Assembly (NCBI RefSeq): GCF_002105155.1
Contig: NW_019029005.1
Location: forward strand, 434,001 to 498,000
DNA: 64,000 nt
Source: Lobosporangium transversale
Lineage: Eukaryota
Reading direction: 5' to 3'
How positions within the stretch are numbered: position 1 is the stretch's first letter; every line of letters begins with the position of its first letter. The notes under the pieces were generated by a model. It had not been told where the DNA came from. It worked only from the letters and a program-made list of their open reading frames with translations, and made no database searches. A program made the position numbers and the translations under genes. Below, piece by piece: positions 39,228 through 51,600 of this stretch.

Positions 39228-42200
39228 ATGCATCGGGCTCCAGGGAAATATGAATTAAACATTCGAAAGTCTTCAGCTGCAACTAGGGCATCAGCATCTG
39301 CTTCAGCGACGCACAGAGATATTACCTCAGTTGGGTCATTCACAGGAGCCCGTATGACATCAATACACCCAATGAGCTATATGTCAACATCTTTTATACG
39401 TGAAGAGACAGAGCAGGACTTGAAGCTGTCGCGACAGTCGCGACGTGCATTATCCATACTCTCTGATGCAACCACGCGTGACATCAATACAGTAATACCA
39501 TTAAGCAAAACCCGACCTTCAGCCACCGTGAAAGCTGCTACGGGGACAACAAGAAGTGACCATAGGAGTGCTCATACAACTAATTCGAGTGAAGACGCCT
39601 TTTGGAATCCACCTGCACCGCCGAAATCACTCAGACATGGTGCAGCTACTTTATTCTCAGGTATCAGCCCTCAGGAAAAAGCCACATCAAGCATATTTGA
39701 TTTACGACCGAATATCCGAACGCGTTCTCCAGAAAGAAAACCAACTCAGTCATCGTGTGGACTCGTCCTAACCAGAGTATTACCAACAAATACTAACACA
39801 GGCTCGCCTTTCAAGTCAAGGTTGTTTCCAATGGCTGGAACATCGGCATCATCGTCGTCACAGAGCAATGGAGCTTTAACAAACAGCTCTGTCTCAAAAG
39901 ACAGCGAAAATCTTTTAGTTACGGCATCGACTAGTTTCAACCATCCTTCTTCGACTTTAAACGAGTCACCTAAGACTGATTCTCCACAATTCGTGCAACA
40001 AATGGACAACTATGGGAATCAAAGCTACTGTGAAGAGTCAGATGTTGGTATAGTAGATGAGGTCCCACCCCAGAAAAAACCGTATGGCGTTAGTGCTTTG
40101 GACTTTGCAAGGAAATCCATAATGCAAAGTGCCGCTGTTTCGCCACAAAATGCCATCAGGAAGATTAACCGAGTGGCAGCAACGAGCGAGGGTGTACCAT
40201 CTCTCATAGATCTACTGACAGCAACAGATGCCGAGGATTTAGAACAATCTCAATTACATACTTGGCAACAAAAAGATGCGTCGCAACGGAATTCTGCAAA
40301 ACCAAACAGAGCTTTCATGTTGCGAACAGATCCACTACCACCGCTCCGCAAGGATACGGCACCGTCAGCATCAAAATCTTTTATACCCAATATTCCAGGT
40401 GATCCAGACTCTATTGAAAATAACATGGAGGATTTAGTATCGAGACCTAACCTCGAAGAAAAACAGATCCGAACAAAGAAAGACGCTCCTGAGGCGACAG
40501 AGATCACTAAGCAGGAGAACGGGCTCACAAGAGACACAGTAATGCTTGACCTAAGAGCGCCGGTAAGTACAGATTGCCTGGAATTTATGATCGAACTGTA
40601 GCATGTAGGTTGCAAGGATCACTGACAGTACTTTGATGCTGCAACTCTAGAGCACGACACCCACTGGACCGGGGGTTGATAACAATAGTACTTCCCCTCT
40701 CCTTTCGTTACGAGCAAGCACAATGCGCAAACCAGCACCATATACCCCTCCAACAATCAACGAACGAGCGATGTTACGTTCCAGTCGCATGTCTGGATTC
40801 CGCGCCAGAGGTCTAGATCCAAAAGTCTTTATGAGTGCAGGGGATTTAGGGGTCCCGAGAATTCAAAAAAGGCCTCTCACTGTGCCTGTGTCTCCAGTTT
40901 TCAGCAAAATGCACGGTAAATCTCGGGCTATGGAGGAATCCGGGCCAGCTAGGAGCCCTTTTTTTGAACCCAAGACCACATTCAGAGCTAAAGTTAATAG
41001 CCCCGTTGTTGACCACTTTAAAAGGACAGGACCAATAAGACCGCAACTGCGTAATAACAACATTGCCACGCTCAAAAAGCCAGAGGCATCATTAAGCGCA
41101 GTAAACACTAGCTCACAAACCCAGTCTACAGGTCAGGAGTACGCTGACTTGAATAATGTTCCTACTAGTACTAGTGATGCTAGATCAATTAATACTGAGA
41201 TAGCTACCCAATTCCGGTCCGAAGCTGCCAGCCAACCAAATCTGGATGCGATAGCCGATATTGATAACGGATCAAATTACGAGGGTAGAGTAAGCAGAGT
41301 TTATGAAGGGCCTAGTCCAGTGGAGAGTCTTTCATCGAAAGCCATCTTTGAACAACCAGATGACCAGCTCTTGGATGGCCAATCCACAAGAGCAACAGCT
41401 GGGAGCCGTCTTCACGGCCCGTCGTTTTCTCGTCGTCCTTTGACGCAGCCAATTCCGTTTAAATTTGCTACAGATGAGATCCTCAGGCGGCGCCATATCA
41501 TGTTTCAACCTCGAGCTACACCGGGTCTAGGAACAACGAATGAGGGTTCTTCAAAAACGGTAGAAGATAACAGAATGAAGACTGCAGAGGTTTTAAAGCG
41601 ACGGCTACCTCCACTGGTGAGTTAGTTAAACCTTTGCTGTCGCTATTCCGTTTGAAGATAATATAATATATTGATCGTTAATTTTTTTTTTTTTTCTTTC
41701 CGTTACTTTTTTTATAATTATCACTTTCATTTGGTAGAAACGCCTAACAGTCCCGTTCCTTTCCAATTTATGACCCAACGACGTGCGGAAGCACATATCC
41801 AACAACAGCAACAACAAAGTCATCATCATCAAGATGATGGCGGAGCACATATTAATGCTCATACGACGGTCACCAGAAGGCCTAGTCGACTTGCTGGGCT
41901 CTTGCCACTTCGTTCAACAACACGCGTAGATGGGGCCTCATCTAATGCAAAGGCTTCACGATTTAGGCGTACTGTACCTATTTCACCAGAACTAGGCCGC
42001 CGAGCCCATGTAAAGGCTCTTAAACCCGCTCGGTTCCTTCTCAAAAAGAGCACCAAAGAGCTGACGCAACCACATGAATTCCACTTCTACACTGATCAAG
42101 TGCTAAGGAAAGGGAAGCATTTGATCAATCAGTTAGGAGACGAGAAGAGGAATTAGCGGCACTAAATCAGCGGGAACTCAAACTGCGCAAAGTACGGAGT

Positions 42201-43198
42201 GTTTGTGTTAAAAGTGATCAATATCAATCACTGGTAACGATGTGTATATCTCTGATGTCTCACAAGACTGTTATTTCTTTTTCAAAAATTATAAAAAAAA
42301 AATATAAAAAAAGGGTCGGGAGCAGGGTAGTGATAGTCGACAGAACCTCGAGAGGCCGTCTCAAACGCACTCTATCAATCATTCTCGACCGATTACAATT
42401 CATAGGCCGGTCAAACCGCTGACAGAGCCTGTGAGCCCCATGATTGGGGAGAAGCGCAAGAGGTATGAGATGGAGCAGCAACGGCATCCGTTTGAAAAGA
42501 GAAGGCAGCTAGAACCCACGAACGTTGGACAAGATAGTCTCCGTCAACCACCTGTCCGTTCTCCATACCCATCGGATCAACTATCTGAAAAGATACACAC
42601 TAATATTTCTGCTATAAATCGCGACAATAAATAATGAAGATGTTGGCCAGTCAGGTTCTTATTTGGATAGAGCTAACATGGCTAATCCAATATCATCCGC
42701 AAAGGACAATTTTTGGAGGGAATGGAAACCACTATCTATCAAAGGAGCTCTTAACGAAAGAGCTTCGGCGTATCAGCTTTGAGGCTTCGGGGTAGTGGCG
42801 AAACAGGTTATCGCAAACGTTTGAGTAACAGCCCAAGCCGCACTAATAGCAGCACTAATAGCAGCACTAAGGATGTAAGCGAAAGTGGGCGTTTAAGCTC
42901 TGAAGGGATATCAGCAGGCCAAGGTGGATACTACCCATTTATACGATCTCTAGCGCCAACTGCGCCCACTGTTGAATCAGCAGCTATGCCTTTATCGAAG
43001 TCAGCAGAGCCGGAACCGGGAAATCGGCGAAGAAGTGGAAGCTTTATCCCGTTAGCTCCAGTCCAAATGGCAACAAGAAATTCACCAACACAGGCATCCA
43101 GACCGCAAGGAGCTACGACGTCGGCACCGTCTGCTCAATTGAACCGTCCGAAAGGACCAATTGTGATTAACCACACACTCACACTGAATGACCTTTGA
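39228..43198 (+). CDS. TPX2: TPX2 (targeting protein for Xklp2) homolog, microtubule/spindle-associated
   Basis: FRARGLDPKVFMSAGDLGVPRIQKRPLTVPVSPVF (~40800-40900), PLTQPIPFKFATD (~41440), PVPFQFMTQRR, KELTQPHEFHFYTD..(R)AKEREAFD (~42060-42125) and the C-terminal IHRPVKPLTEPVSP (~42400-42440). These are the repeated TPX2 FKARP and LTxPxxFxF motifs. Introns ~40563-40650, ~41618-41737 and near 42195-42310. Confidence 0.75.
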
Positions 43199-43301
43199 CC
43201 AACATCGGGTCTTAGACATTTCTTTGTAATTTTATTACCGGTATTTTTACTTTATTTTTTTTATGTTATAGAATAAATTACCCAGTTTCGTTCTAATTGA
43301 T

Positions 43302-44593
43302 CTATGATAGAGACGGGGCCTGTTCTATACAGGTACTACGGAAGGCGGTTTTTGATTGAACAATGATCTCTGACAACATAAGATCAAATGCTGCCTGTGA
43401 TCCTGCGTCCTGGAACATCAACTCTTTGACCTTGTTCTCGAGTTCAAATAAATGTCGATCATTTCCTGTTGGAGCCACAGTACGTAATGAATGGGCTAGG
43501 TTAAGCAGATAGTCTCTGTTGGCACCAACTTGGTCCTAATGGGGAAGAGTGATAACGATGGTAAGTCGTTTACTTAAAGATAAAATATTGGAGGAAAAAA
43601 AAAAAAAAAAAAAAAAAAAAAACATCCCTGAAAGATCCCATACCATGTGAAATGTAGATTTGCTTTGCAATTTGCTCCAAAGGTGCAGGTCCAGCAAAAT
43701 CAGAGTTATTAGTGCTTCCAATGTATACAATCGCCTATAAAGCCATAAAAAAAATAAAATAAAATAAAAAAAACACTCTGTATTAGTAAGCAAGCTTGAT
43801 TTTAGAGAGAAAAAAAATTTTATCTCATCAAATGAGATGATCCCAATACCTTTTCCACTACAGGAATGTCACTACCAGGTTGAAAGACATCCAAAAAGTG
43901 TGTTTCGTAACCATTTTTTTCCCGATGATCCAGATATGCTTTTGTCTCTGCAACCTTGGATAATGGGATCTTGTATGCAACACCCCAGGTGATATCGTCC
44001 TGATCTGTAGAATGCTATTAGTCATTAAATAAAATAAAATATGTAAAACGTTGGCTCTGCGGGTAATTACTCAGGGGCCACTGAATACATATTAATATTT
44101 CTAATGAGCTATGATGGTACTATGTACTGTACCTTATCGAGAGTTTTGAATCGTTCTGTGAACTCTTCATAAGGAATTAAAGTGACTACACGGCCTGGTG
44201 CCTCCTCGGTGCCTCGGTGGTCCGTGCTCCTCTGCCAAAACCGGCGGACATGACCTTTGATATACCCAACCTTGCTGTAATAATACAATATTAACAAATG
44301 TATATGTATATAAAAAAATAAAAAAATAAAAAAATAAAAAAAAATAAAAAATAAAAAAAATAAAAAATAAAAAAAATAAAAAATAAAAAACTTTTAAGCA
44401 TGTCTTTTATTGCTTCACATTATAGACAACATGACATTGGGGTTTGAATGCAATGTTAAAGGAATGGGATGGAGCATTTAAACAAAAAAGCACTGTAAAA
44501 GAATGAAAATAGAATTTTCAGAAGAGGGACGAACCTGTCTTCGTATTCCATATCAGGGCGCCAAATGAGGCTGCCATATCCAAAGAGCCACAT
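43302..44593 (-). CDS. CHAC1: ChaC-family glutathione-specific gamma-glutamylcyclotransferase
   Basis: Spliced [14 protein letters not shown]...|[31 protein letters not shown]...|TWGVAYKI...[10 protein letters not shown]...GPSG|..[20 protein letters not shown]; multiple GT-AG introns. Confidence 0.93.
44312..44390. repeat. (A5-7T)n degenerate microsatellite in ChaC intron 1
   Basis: Run of AAAAA(A)(A)T units. Confidence 0.8.
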
Positions 44594-44862
44594 GGTTTAG
44601 GATAAGGTGGTTGGTTTGGTAGAGTGTATGTTGGGTTGGTGGAAACAGAGACAAGGGTTCCGAGAAGAATAAGGAGAGAGGAAGAGAGAGAGAGAGAGGA
44701 GGATAAATTGGAGTGAAGAAAAAAGACAAAGCTTTTTTAAATTAATAGCAACAGTGAATCATGGCCCAATGCGGACATGTGGGACAATGTGGATCGTTTT
44801 TGTCATCACGCAACAATTGATAGTTGAATAAGGAGTTAAAACATATTGATTGACCTGGATTC

Positions 44863-44899
44863 TTACATTTACATTTACATTTACATTTACATTTACATT
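44863..44899. repeat. (TTACAT)n hexamer microsatellite in the divergent ChaC/BORCS8 intergenic region
   Basis: About 6 tandem units. Confidence 0.85.
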
Positions 44900-45340
44900 A
44901 ACATTCTTTTAAAAGACGACATGCAGGACATACAGACACTTCCTTGCATGACCAACCAAGGATAAGTACTCACACAGAAATAGGAACCAAAGGAGCCATA
45001 GGAACAAATTCAAGAGCAGGAGCATTCGAAGCAACCCCAGCTGAAATTCCAATAACTGACACAGCCTCTAATAATAATAATAATAATAACAACAACAACA
45101 TAATGACAATATTGAAGGTCCTCTTCCATTGCAAACCCTTTGTCCCCTCTTTCCGCATCCTATGGTTCATGGACAGTACCTTCCTTTGACAGCTTCTTCT
45201 CGACGCGCCGTGCGTCTGCACTTGGAAGCCGGTATTCGAGCCTTATTTCATCACATACGTCCACGTTTATGCCCGCTGGAACTAAAATCATCACCTGCTC
45301 CCAGCGGGATGTCCGTGATGATGGATGGTGGAGGTATACA

Positions 45341-45408
45341 ATGCAAAATAAGGCCCGTAAAAGTAAGAAAAAAAGTATTTTCGATAAAGATAACTGGGTA
45401 CTGGAATG

Positions 45409-45443
<35 letters not shown>

Positions 45444-45847
45444 CATCTTATTGCAGGAACATTAAAACATACTTTTTCTTATCTTACACAACCAGTGTCT
45501 TTACACATGTCAGAGTCGATTACAAGTGTATTGAATGACTCGTCCTTAGTGCTTTATAGAGTGAATGAGCACATTCACAAGAAAGTACCACAGTTAGTTG
45601 AGGAAAAGGTAAAAGCTTCAGTAGGTTACCAAAGAAAGAAAGAAAGAACACATCTATGGACCAGGATCTAAAAGCATTTGCACTATAATATATACATGAA
45701 TGAAAATAGCGAGCACTGGCTTCGACATGCAAGAGCGTCGAGACAGCTAACCAAGACCTAGAAGATGCACGACAGATCATCTCTAGTATGCAATGGCTAA
45801 CTGAGTTGAGCGAGATTGAGGCTCTTGTGAAGCGAGCATTGTCATGA
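45341..45847 (+). CDS. BORCS8: BORCS8/MEF2BNB-like BLOC-1-related complex subunit; start may extend upstream to ~44921
   Basis: Spliced MQNKA|LSLHMSESITSVLNDSSLVLYRVNEHIHKKVPQLVEEK|RALASTCKSVETANQDLEDARQIISSM...EIEALVKRALS*. This parallels the human BORCS8 segment [29 protein letters not shown] (recalled). Introns 45357-45495 and 45609-45709. Confidence 0.7.
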
Positions 45848-46081
45848 TAATTGGATTAATGCCAACTATTACACAAGCTGTCTAATAAACCAATTCGCCT
45901 TTTTTTTTTTTTTTTTTTTTTAAGAAAAAAAAAGTGATCCTCTTACAAGGGGGCAAATACCATACTTTCTTCTCGCCAATACTATATGGTTGTTACGATT
46001 GTTATGCATCCAGAGATTTATTCATAGATCTTTTTAGAACGGATATATAAAGACAGCATTTGGCGACACTCTACTACGACT

Positions 46082-46157
46082 ACTTCCATTTTTTATTCAT
46101 AACGTCAGAATATTGTGTGACGGACATGATGAGGCCTTAATAAAAGGTTCCCGCCTG
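46082..46157 (+). repeat. Left arm of an imperfect inverted repeat of ~70-75 bp
   Basis: ATAAAAGGTTCCCGCCTG (46140-46157) is the exact reverse complement of 46843-46860. TTTTTATTCATAA (46090-46102) matches 46898-46910. The intervening bases align with mismatches. Confidence 0.85.
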
Positions 46158-46842
46158 CACGTCCTCCAATGTGATGTCTTTTTTTGATTAGGGAAAGTTC
46201 AGTAGTGACCTTGAAATATTCATAAGCGAAGAGATAGTGAGGTTTTTCTACCGCCTTTCCTTGTTTTATTGCCCTCGTATAATTTGAACTGGAGCCATCC
46301 TGGTCAGTTAATGGAAGAGATGTGGAGACGATAGGAATAGTCAGTGCAATCCAAGACTTCGTCTAGTGCCCTCTTCCTCAATCTTGCTGCTCTGATAGTT
46401 ACATTATCCTCTCAATGTCCAGAGCCATCACCCAAATGCATAACGGTGTAATCGGTTGAGGACAACAACTGTCCCTCGGATTCGGCTTGCAACATTTTCC
46501 TTTCGTCTGCATCTATCCCGCCTTCCCTTGCCATGGAAGCCTTGTGGGACTCAATTGTTAAGGCCTGATAAGATGCTTTCTGCTATAACTGTGATCGACC
46601 TTTGTAGCATCCTTCAAATTTCTAATTGGTGCATCTTCTTTCTTGGCATTGTGCTTTTGCATTCGTTTTTTCTGTTGCTTCTTTTTCGCCTTCCTCCGAT
46701 GGGTGAATGCATAAAACCCGGCCTCGGGTGCTCACGACAGTGATCGATATTAATTGTGGCGTGCGCTCAATATGTTCGACCTGTGAGATCTCCTGTGACT
46801 CTAAAAGTCAAGGGGATCAAAAACTGCCTTTATTATTGTTGC

Positions 46843-46917
46843 CAGGCGGGAACCTTTTATGGAGGTCCCTCCATGACTGCCACACAATGTTCTGACCTTA
46901 TGAATAAAAATGGATGT
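46843..46917 (-). repeat. Right arm of the imperfect inverted repeat
   Basis: CAGGCGGGAACCTTTTAT...CACACAATGTTCTGACCTTATGAATAAAAATGGA is the reverse complement, with mismatches, of 46085-46157. Confidence 0.85.
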
Positions 46918-48632
46918 TCCCCTGAGATGCACTCTCAAACCTCGATACGTGACAACTAGTCAGAAAAGATGGACCGGAACTGGTTTCTATGTGATCCTTT
47001 CGCTATATAGAATGATTGCGTATCTCTAAAGTTTTCAAGAAAGGACTAACGATTAGTACTGGACATATTTGATTTCAGGATCATAACTACGACTCGAGCT
47101 TTCTTATGTCCTGCGACGCTGCAGTCGTCCTTGATGAGCCACTTCACGGTGAAGATCCTTTCCATTGAGTTGATACCCCTTGAAGCTATCGAACTCAGTT
47201 TGATCGTGACTCTCGAATTGACGTTTGAAGGCTAGAGGTAAAGACTTCGAGAGCTACTTCGAAACTGAGGATTATTAATCAGGCCAAGCGTTTCAAGATT
47301 CTTTGAGTAATCATTGTCTCAAATTGCACAGAGCAGTACAGATGTTGGTGAGTTCGCAAGTCAAATACATATTGATAACGTCGACCACGTCATAAGCCCT
47401 AAACTTCCGTCGACGGTGCAAAAGGGACTGCACTAGCTTGCAGACTCGTTCGTACGCAAACAAACTAGAGCCTCTTGGGTATCACAATCCTACCATTCAC
47501 CCCATCACGGTACTCTATGCATGGATCTGCTTCGTTTGCATACAGGCAGACATCGAAGACAGAGTGAAGGCCTGTTGCCAGCTGGTCCCTGTCATGGTCG
47601 CTCAGGATTGGATCTCTCGAAGGCCTTTTTGGATGCGCTTCATGGCTTGAGGACAAGTTCAAACCCCGTTCCGTGAATTTTTCTCAAAGATGCTCATATC
47701 GTTTTCCAAAGCGTCCCTCCTCTCTGTCTTCTGGCTTGTCGTTCCGTCCTTGCTTTTTCTTTCTCGGCGCAAGGACTCTCACTAATGTGTATGGTCAGAT
47801 TGTTCGTTTTGAGAAGATCCTTCATCTTGAGAGCTAGGGACCTGCCTACATCGATGATGGGCTTGCATTTGATCTTGTATGGACTACTTTACTGTAGATG
47901 CTATGATCGAACGTGTCAAAGAAATCTATGAGCAAAATGAGCAGAGTTTTCCGCCAAGGAAGTGCCTATGTCAGCTTCCGGAGGCGAAACCCCGCAATCC
48001 GCGAGTATTTGAAGGACTGCAGTCCTGTGGCTAATGCTTAAGCAAAAGAAAGGAAAAAGTGGCGGCAGCGATAAAAAAAACGAAAAGAGGTATTTTTTTT
48101 AAGGCTCAACATTCAGCAGAGAAGGTTGATGAAAGATACAGGAACAAGAGGGCAGTGGTAACAGAATCATTACGCCAAGATGATCATTTGAAAAAAGTAT
48201 CCCATACTATCATTGTATTATCCTCCCGCATCGTTCCTTTATTACCATCGCTACATTTGCATGCGCAGCATATTTAGTTTTCTGTTTGTTTTCACACATC
48301 AAAAAAAAAGCTTTTATATTTATTTCCAAGGAAAATGCAGACCTATTTGCTGTATTTCCCTATCTATTTTATCCAATTAAAACTATGGTCAATGATGACG
48401 CTTACCACGTGATAAGCCTAGCTATGCCAATAAAAACAACTTTTTCATGTACATCACTGATCATCCTTCATTTTGGCTCTTTGCATCCCATCTCTGTTGT
48501 ATCTTCCTGCGTTTCTCTAAAAAAGCGCGTGGAAATACACCCATAATTCATTTATTTTCATATAGAAATCAACCCTAAATAAGAAGAAAAACAGAGTTCC
48601 ATTGCTCGCGCGGCGCACACTTTTAATCTCGC

Positions 48633-51600
48633 ATGGACGCAACAATACGCGACAAAACGGTTCCAACCGTATGCGCGCACTACGCCCAGGAGACAGCAGC
48701 CACAGCCAGTCCCACGAGAAGAATGAACTTTTTCAAGTAAGGAAACCAATATCATTATCGTACTCATTTTTTTAGCCTGTCTACTCTTATGTTTATTTGT
48801 GTGTGCTATTTTTTTGCATCAATGAGTGGCTCTTTTTTTACAAATTCCGCTACCTAAAGGTGCTAATAATTTTAATACGTTCTCACTACCCGAACAATGA
48901 TTTTATATTAGAATATTCCCAGTGTGATTGTAAGCTTTGTAAAAAAGTCGCTTAGCTGGTTTGGTATTTCGGCAGATGAAGTGATTGATTCAGCACTCGG
49001 GAAGGAATTGAACACAACTCGTGGCGATTTTGAGCTCCACCCTGGTGCAGAAAAGGAAGGAGAGTCATCTACGAACAATGATGAAAACAACAAGACTTCC
49101 GCTTCATCAGAGATGAAAGAGAAGCTCTATCCGGATTTGCGAGAGTATATTACTACTTTTAAGGTATTTGAAGACATATATTATGCCATAAATTGCATAC
49201 ACTTTGATTAAAGTCATCCTTTGGATGGTTACCTGACACTCGCAGTCGATCTATGCTTTTAGCCCTCGGAAACCCGATGAAGATGAGACGGATACTGTGA
49301 TGACTTCAGAGAGGCAAGCTTCTCGCAGTAAATTTCGCAAGACCCTCTCGAATATGGAACCAGGGGCCTACGATATTAATGTAAGTGCAACATCGTAAAA
49401 ATTAATGCTTTGACGTGATTTTATATGATTAGGGCTTGTCCCATTATTAACAGACAAACAAACAAACAAAAACTACGCATTTGCAATGTACAGAAACATG
49501 TCGACAACGGTAACCCTTCAATACGCGATGAAGACGTCACCATCGACGAAAGTCCTGATAAATCGTCGGATACCATCCATCCCACTAAGCATGCTCAACC
49601 GGAAGAAGGTACATAAGCACTATTGCTTTAGCTGTCTAATGATGTGTCAGTTGTCAGCTCTGTTAACATTATATGATTTTCTTCTGAATATAGAGATCGA
49701 GGGTCTTTCTAAGGAGGAGCTTATTCTTTTAGGTCGTATTCGCAAACTCACAGAGACTCCACTTGAGGTTTGTATTGTGAAATCAAGTCATGGAAAAACT
49801 ATTAAAAACATAACAGGAACTTGGACCTTGTTGACTAATCCGACTCATTACTTTCTACGGATGTTTTCCTTAGAGAGCAAGAAAGAACGCGAGAGTGAGC
49901 GCTGGGGACCGTCTGCAAGAAGAAAAGATCGCACGCGAGTTCGTCACGCCGTACTCTCTCATTCGTGTATGTCTTTTTTCTTTTCACCTCTAACCAAGTG
50001 TATACTGGTGATCCAATTCTTGTCTGACATCTCCGTGTACATGGATTGCTCATTATAGCTTGCTCGCGAAGAACCAGAGCCAGCCCCTAAACAACCTCTC
50101 AAGCCTCTTGATACCATCATGCCTTACAATAAAGAACATAGAAAGCGACGACTCAGTGCATCGGCACGTGACGAACCCATGGATCATGGCATGGACTCTG
50201 GGGATAGCGACTTTGATGCTGATGAGTCTGACCATGTTAAACAGTTTTTCCGTGACCGCTCTCGTCAGCCTCGTCGTCGTGAAAAACCTGAGGTTACACA
50301 GAGTTCACCAAGCAAAATGCGACGTACTTCGCGTCCTGAGGTTCACGAGGATCAGCGTACGTCTCGCGGAGGATTTCAAATCAGGTCAAATGTGACACCT
50401 AAGCGACATGTCAGGTCTATTCCAGGACGCTTCTCTGCTTTGGACTCGGATTCGGAAGAGGAAGATATTGCACAGATGTTGGCACGGAAAGTATGTCATT
50501 GTATTCTTTTACTCATCTCTATGATCTTACAAGCTATTTTGTGTCATAGTATTGATTATAATTATCTACCTTATCCTGTCGGCCTTGCTGTAGGCAAAGC
50601 AAGCAATAGAGGGCGTAGCCTCTATGGCAGGGGTTTCATTACACCAAGAACAGGAATCATCCCAAGGTAGCTCTGGTACCAGAGTTCAACCACAGCTTTA
50701 CCCTAACCTTCAACTGGGATCCGTCAGGAAACTTTACAATTCAAAACTGGATGAAGCTCGTAAGTGGACATCCCTGCCATATGATTCGGTAACACGAGAC
50801 AAGCAGGTTGATGGAGAAGAGAGCCAAATGTCGACTATCATCTCAGAGGTTGTTTCTGCAGCGCCGGCAGTACTTGGTACCATTGCAACCGCTGCTGGTG
50901 TTGGAAGTGTCGCAAAACTTGCATCAGATTGGATTTCATCCCATAATCAGGACTCTGAGAAGGTACCTGCCAAACCTACATCATTGACGGCCAATCTCGG
51001 CTCAGATTCGACGTTAAACACAGTCAAGCTTACAGAGTCTACTATCAAGAATATGACTGCAGAGACGACTAAAGGGTTAGAAATGGCAAAGGAGCCAGCG
51101 ATGGAAAAGCTGAAGTCTGTAAAGGAGCAGGAGCAGGAGCAGGAGCAGGAGAAGGAGAAGGAGAAGGAGAAGGAGAAGGAAAAAGCACCTACTTTTAGTT
51201 GGGGTGCAGGCATCAAGCTCCCTGACAATTCCAATAAGTGGAAGTGCCCCACTTGTGATGTCTGGAATGGGAATGAATTGAAAAAATGCCCATGTTGCGA
51301 AACATCCAAACCTGGCGAGAAGCCAGCAGAACAAAAACCTCCTGCCTTACCTGCCTTATTTGCTCCATCATTCGGAGCGCCATCATCATCATCATCATTA
51401 TCATCATCAATCGTTTCTTCTACAACTGCACCTCCTTCATTTTCATTCGGATCAACCCCATTGGCAGCTACAAGCGCTCCTGGTGCTACCAAACCACTCT
51501 TTTCGCCATTTGCTCCCTCTGCTAGTACTAGCGCAGCAGGTGAGGCTGACAAAGCTTCAGATAAATCTGTTGACAAACTCGCTGGGACCACAATGGACAA

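Larger units (their letters stand above)
46080..48035 (-). mobile_element. Degenerate transposon-like relic encoding a decayed PIN/XPG(FEN1)-type nuclease and downstream domain (pseudogenised)
   Basis: Manual minus-strand translation across stops and frameshifts gives LLIDFFDTF (~47910-47940), LTIHISESPCAEKEKARTERQARR (~47730-47800), VCLYANEADPCI (~47515-47550), DNDYSKNLETLGLINN (~47270-47320), FEVALEVF, FYIAKGSHRNQFRSIF, the Lys-rich RRKAKKKQQKKR and KHLIR.LTIES...VASRIRGTVVVLNRL. The motif order (D; xEK; EAD; NDY-LG) matches XPG-family nucleases. It has many in-frame stops, unlike the neighbouring genes. Confidence 0.6.

Noticed and set aside
48520..48660. CGCG-containing MCB/E2F-like words upstream of the nucleoporin (also ACGCGT near 37963)
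   Set aside because: Short motifs expected by chance; cannot be supported without conservation or binding data.
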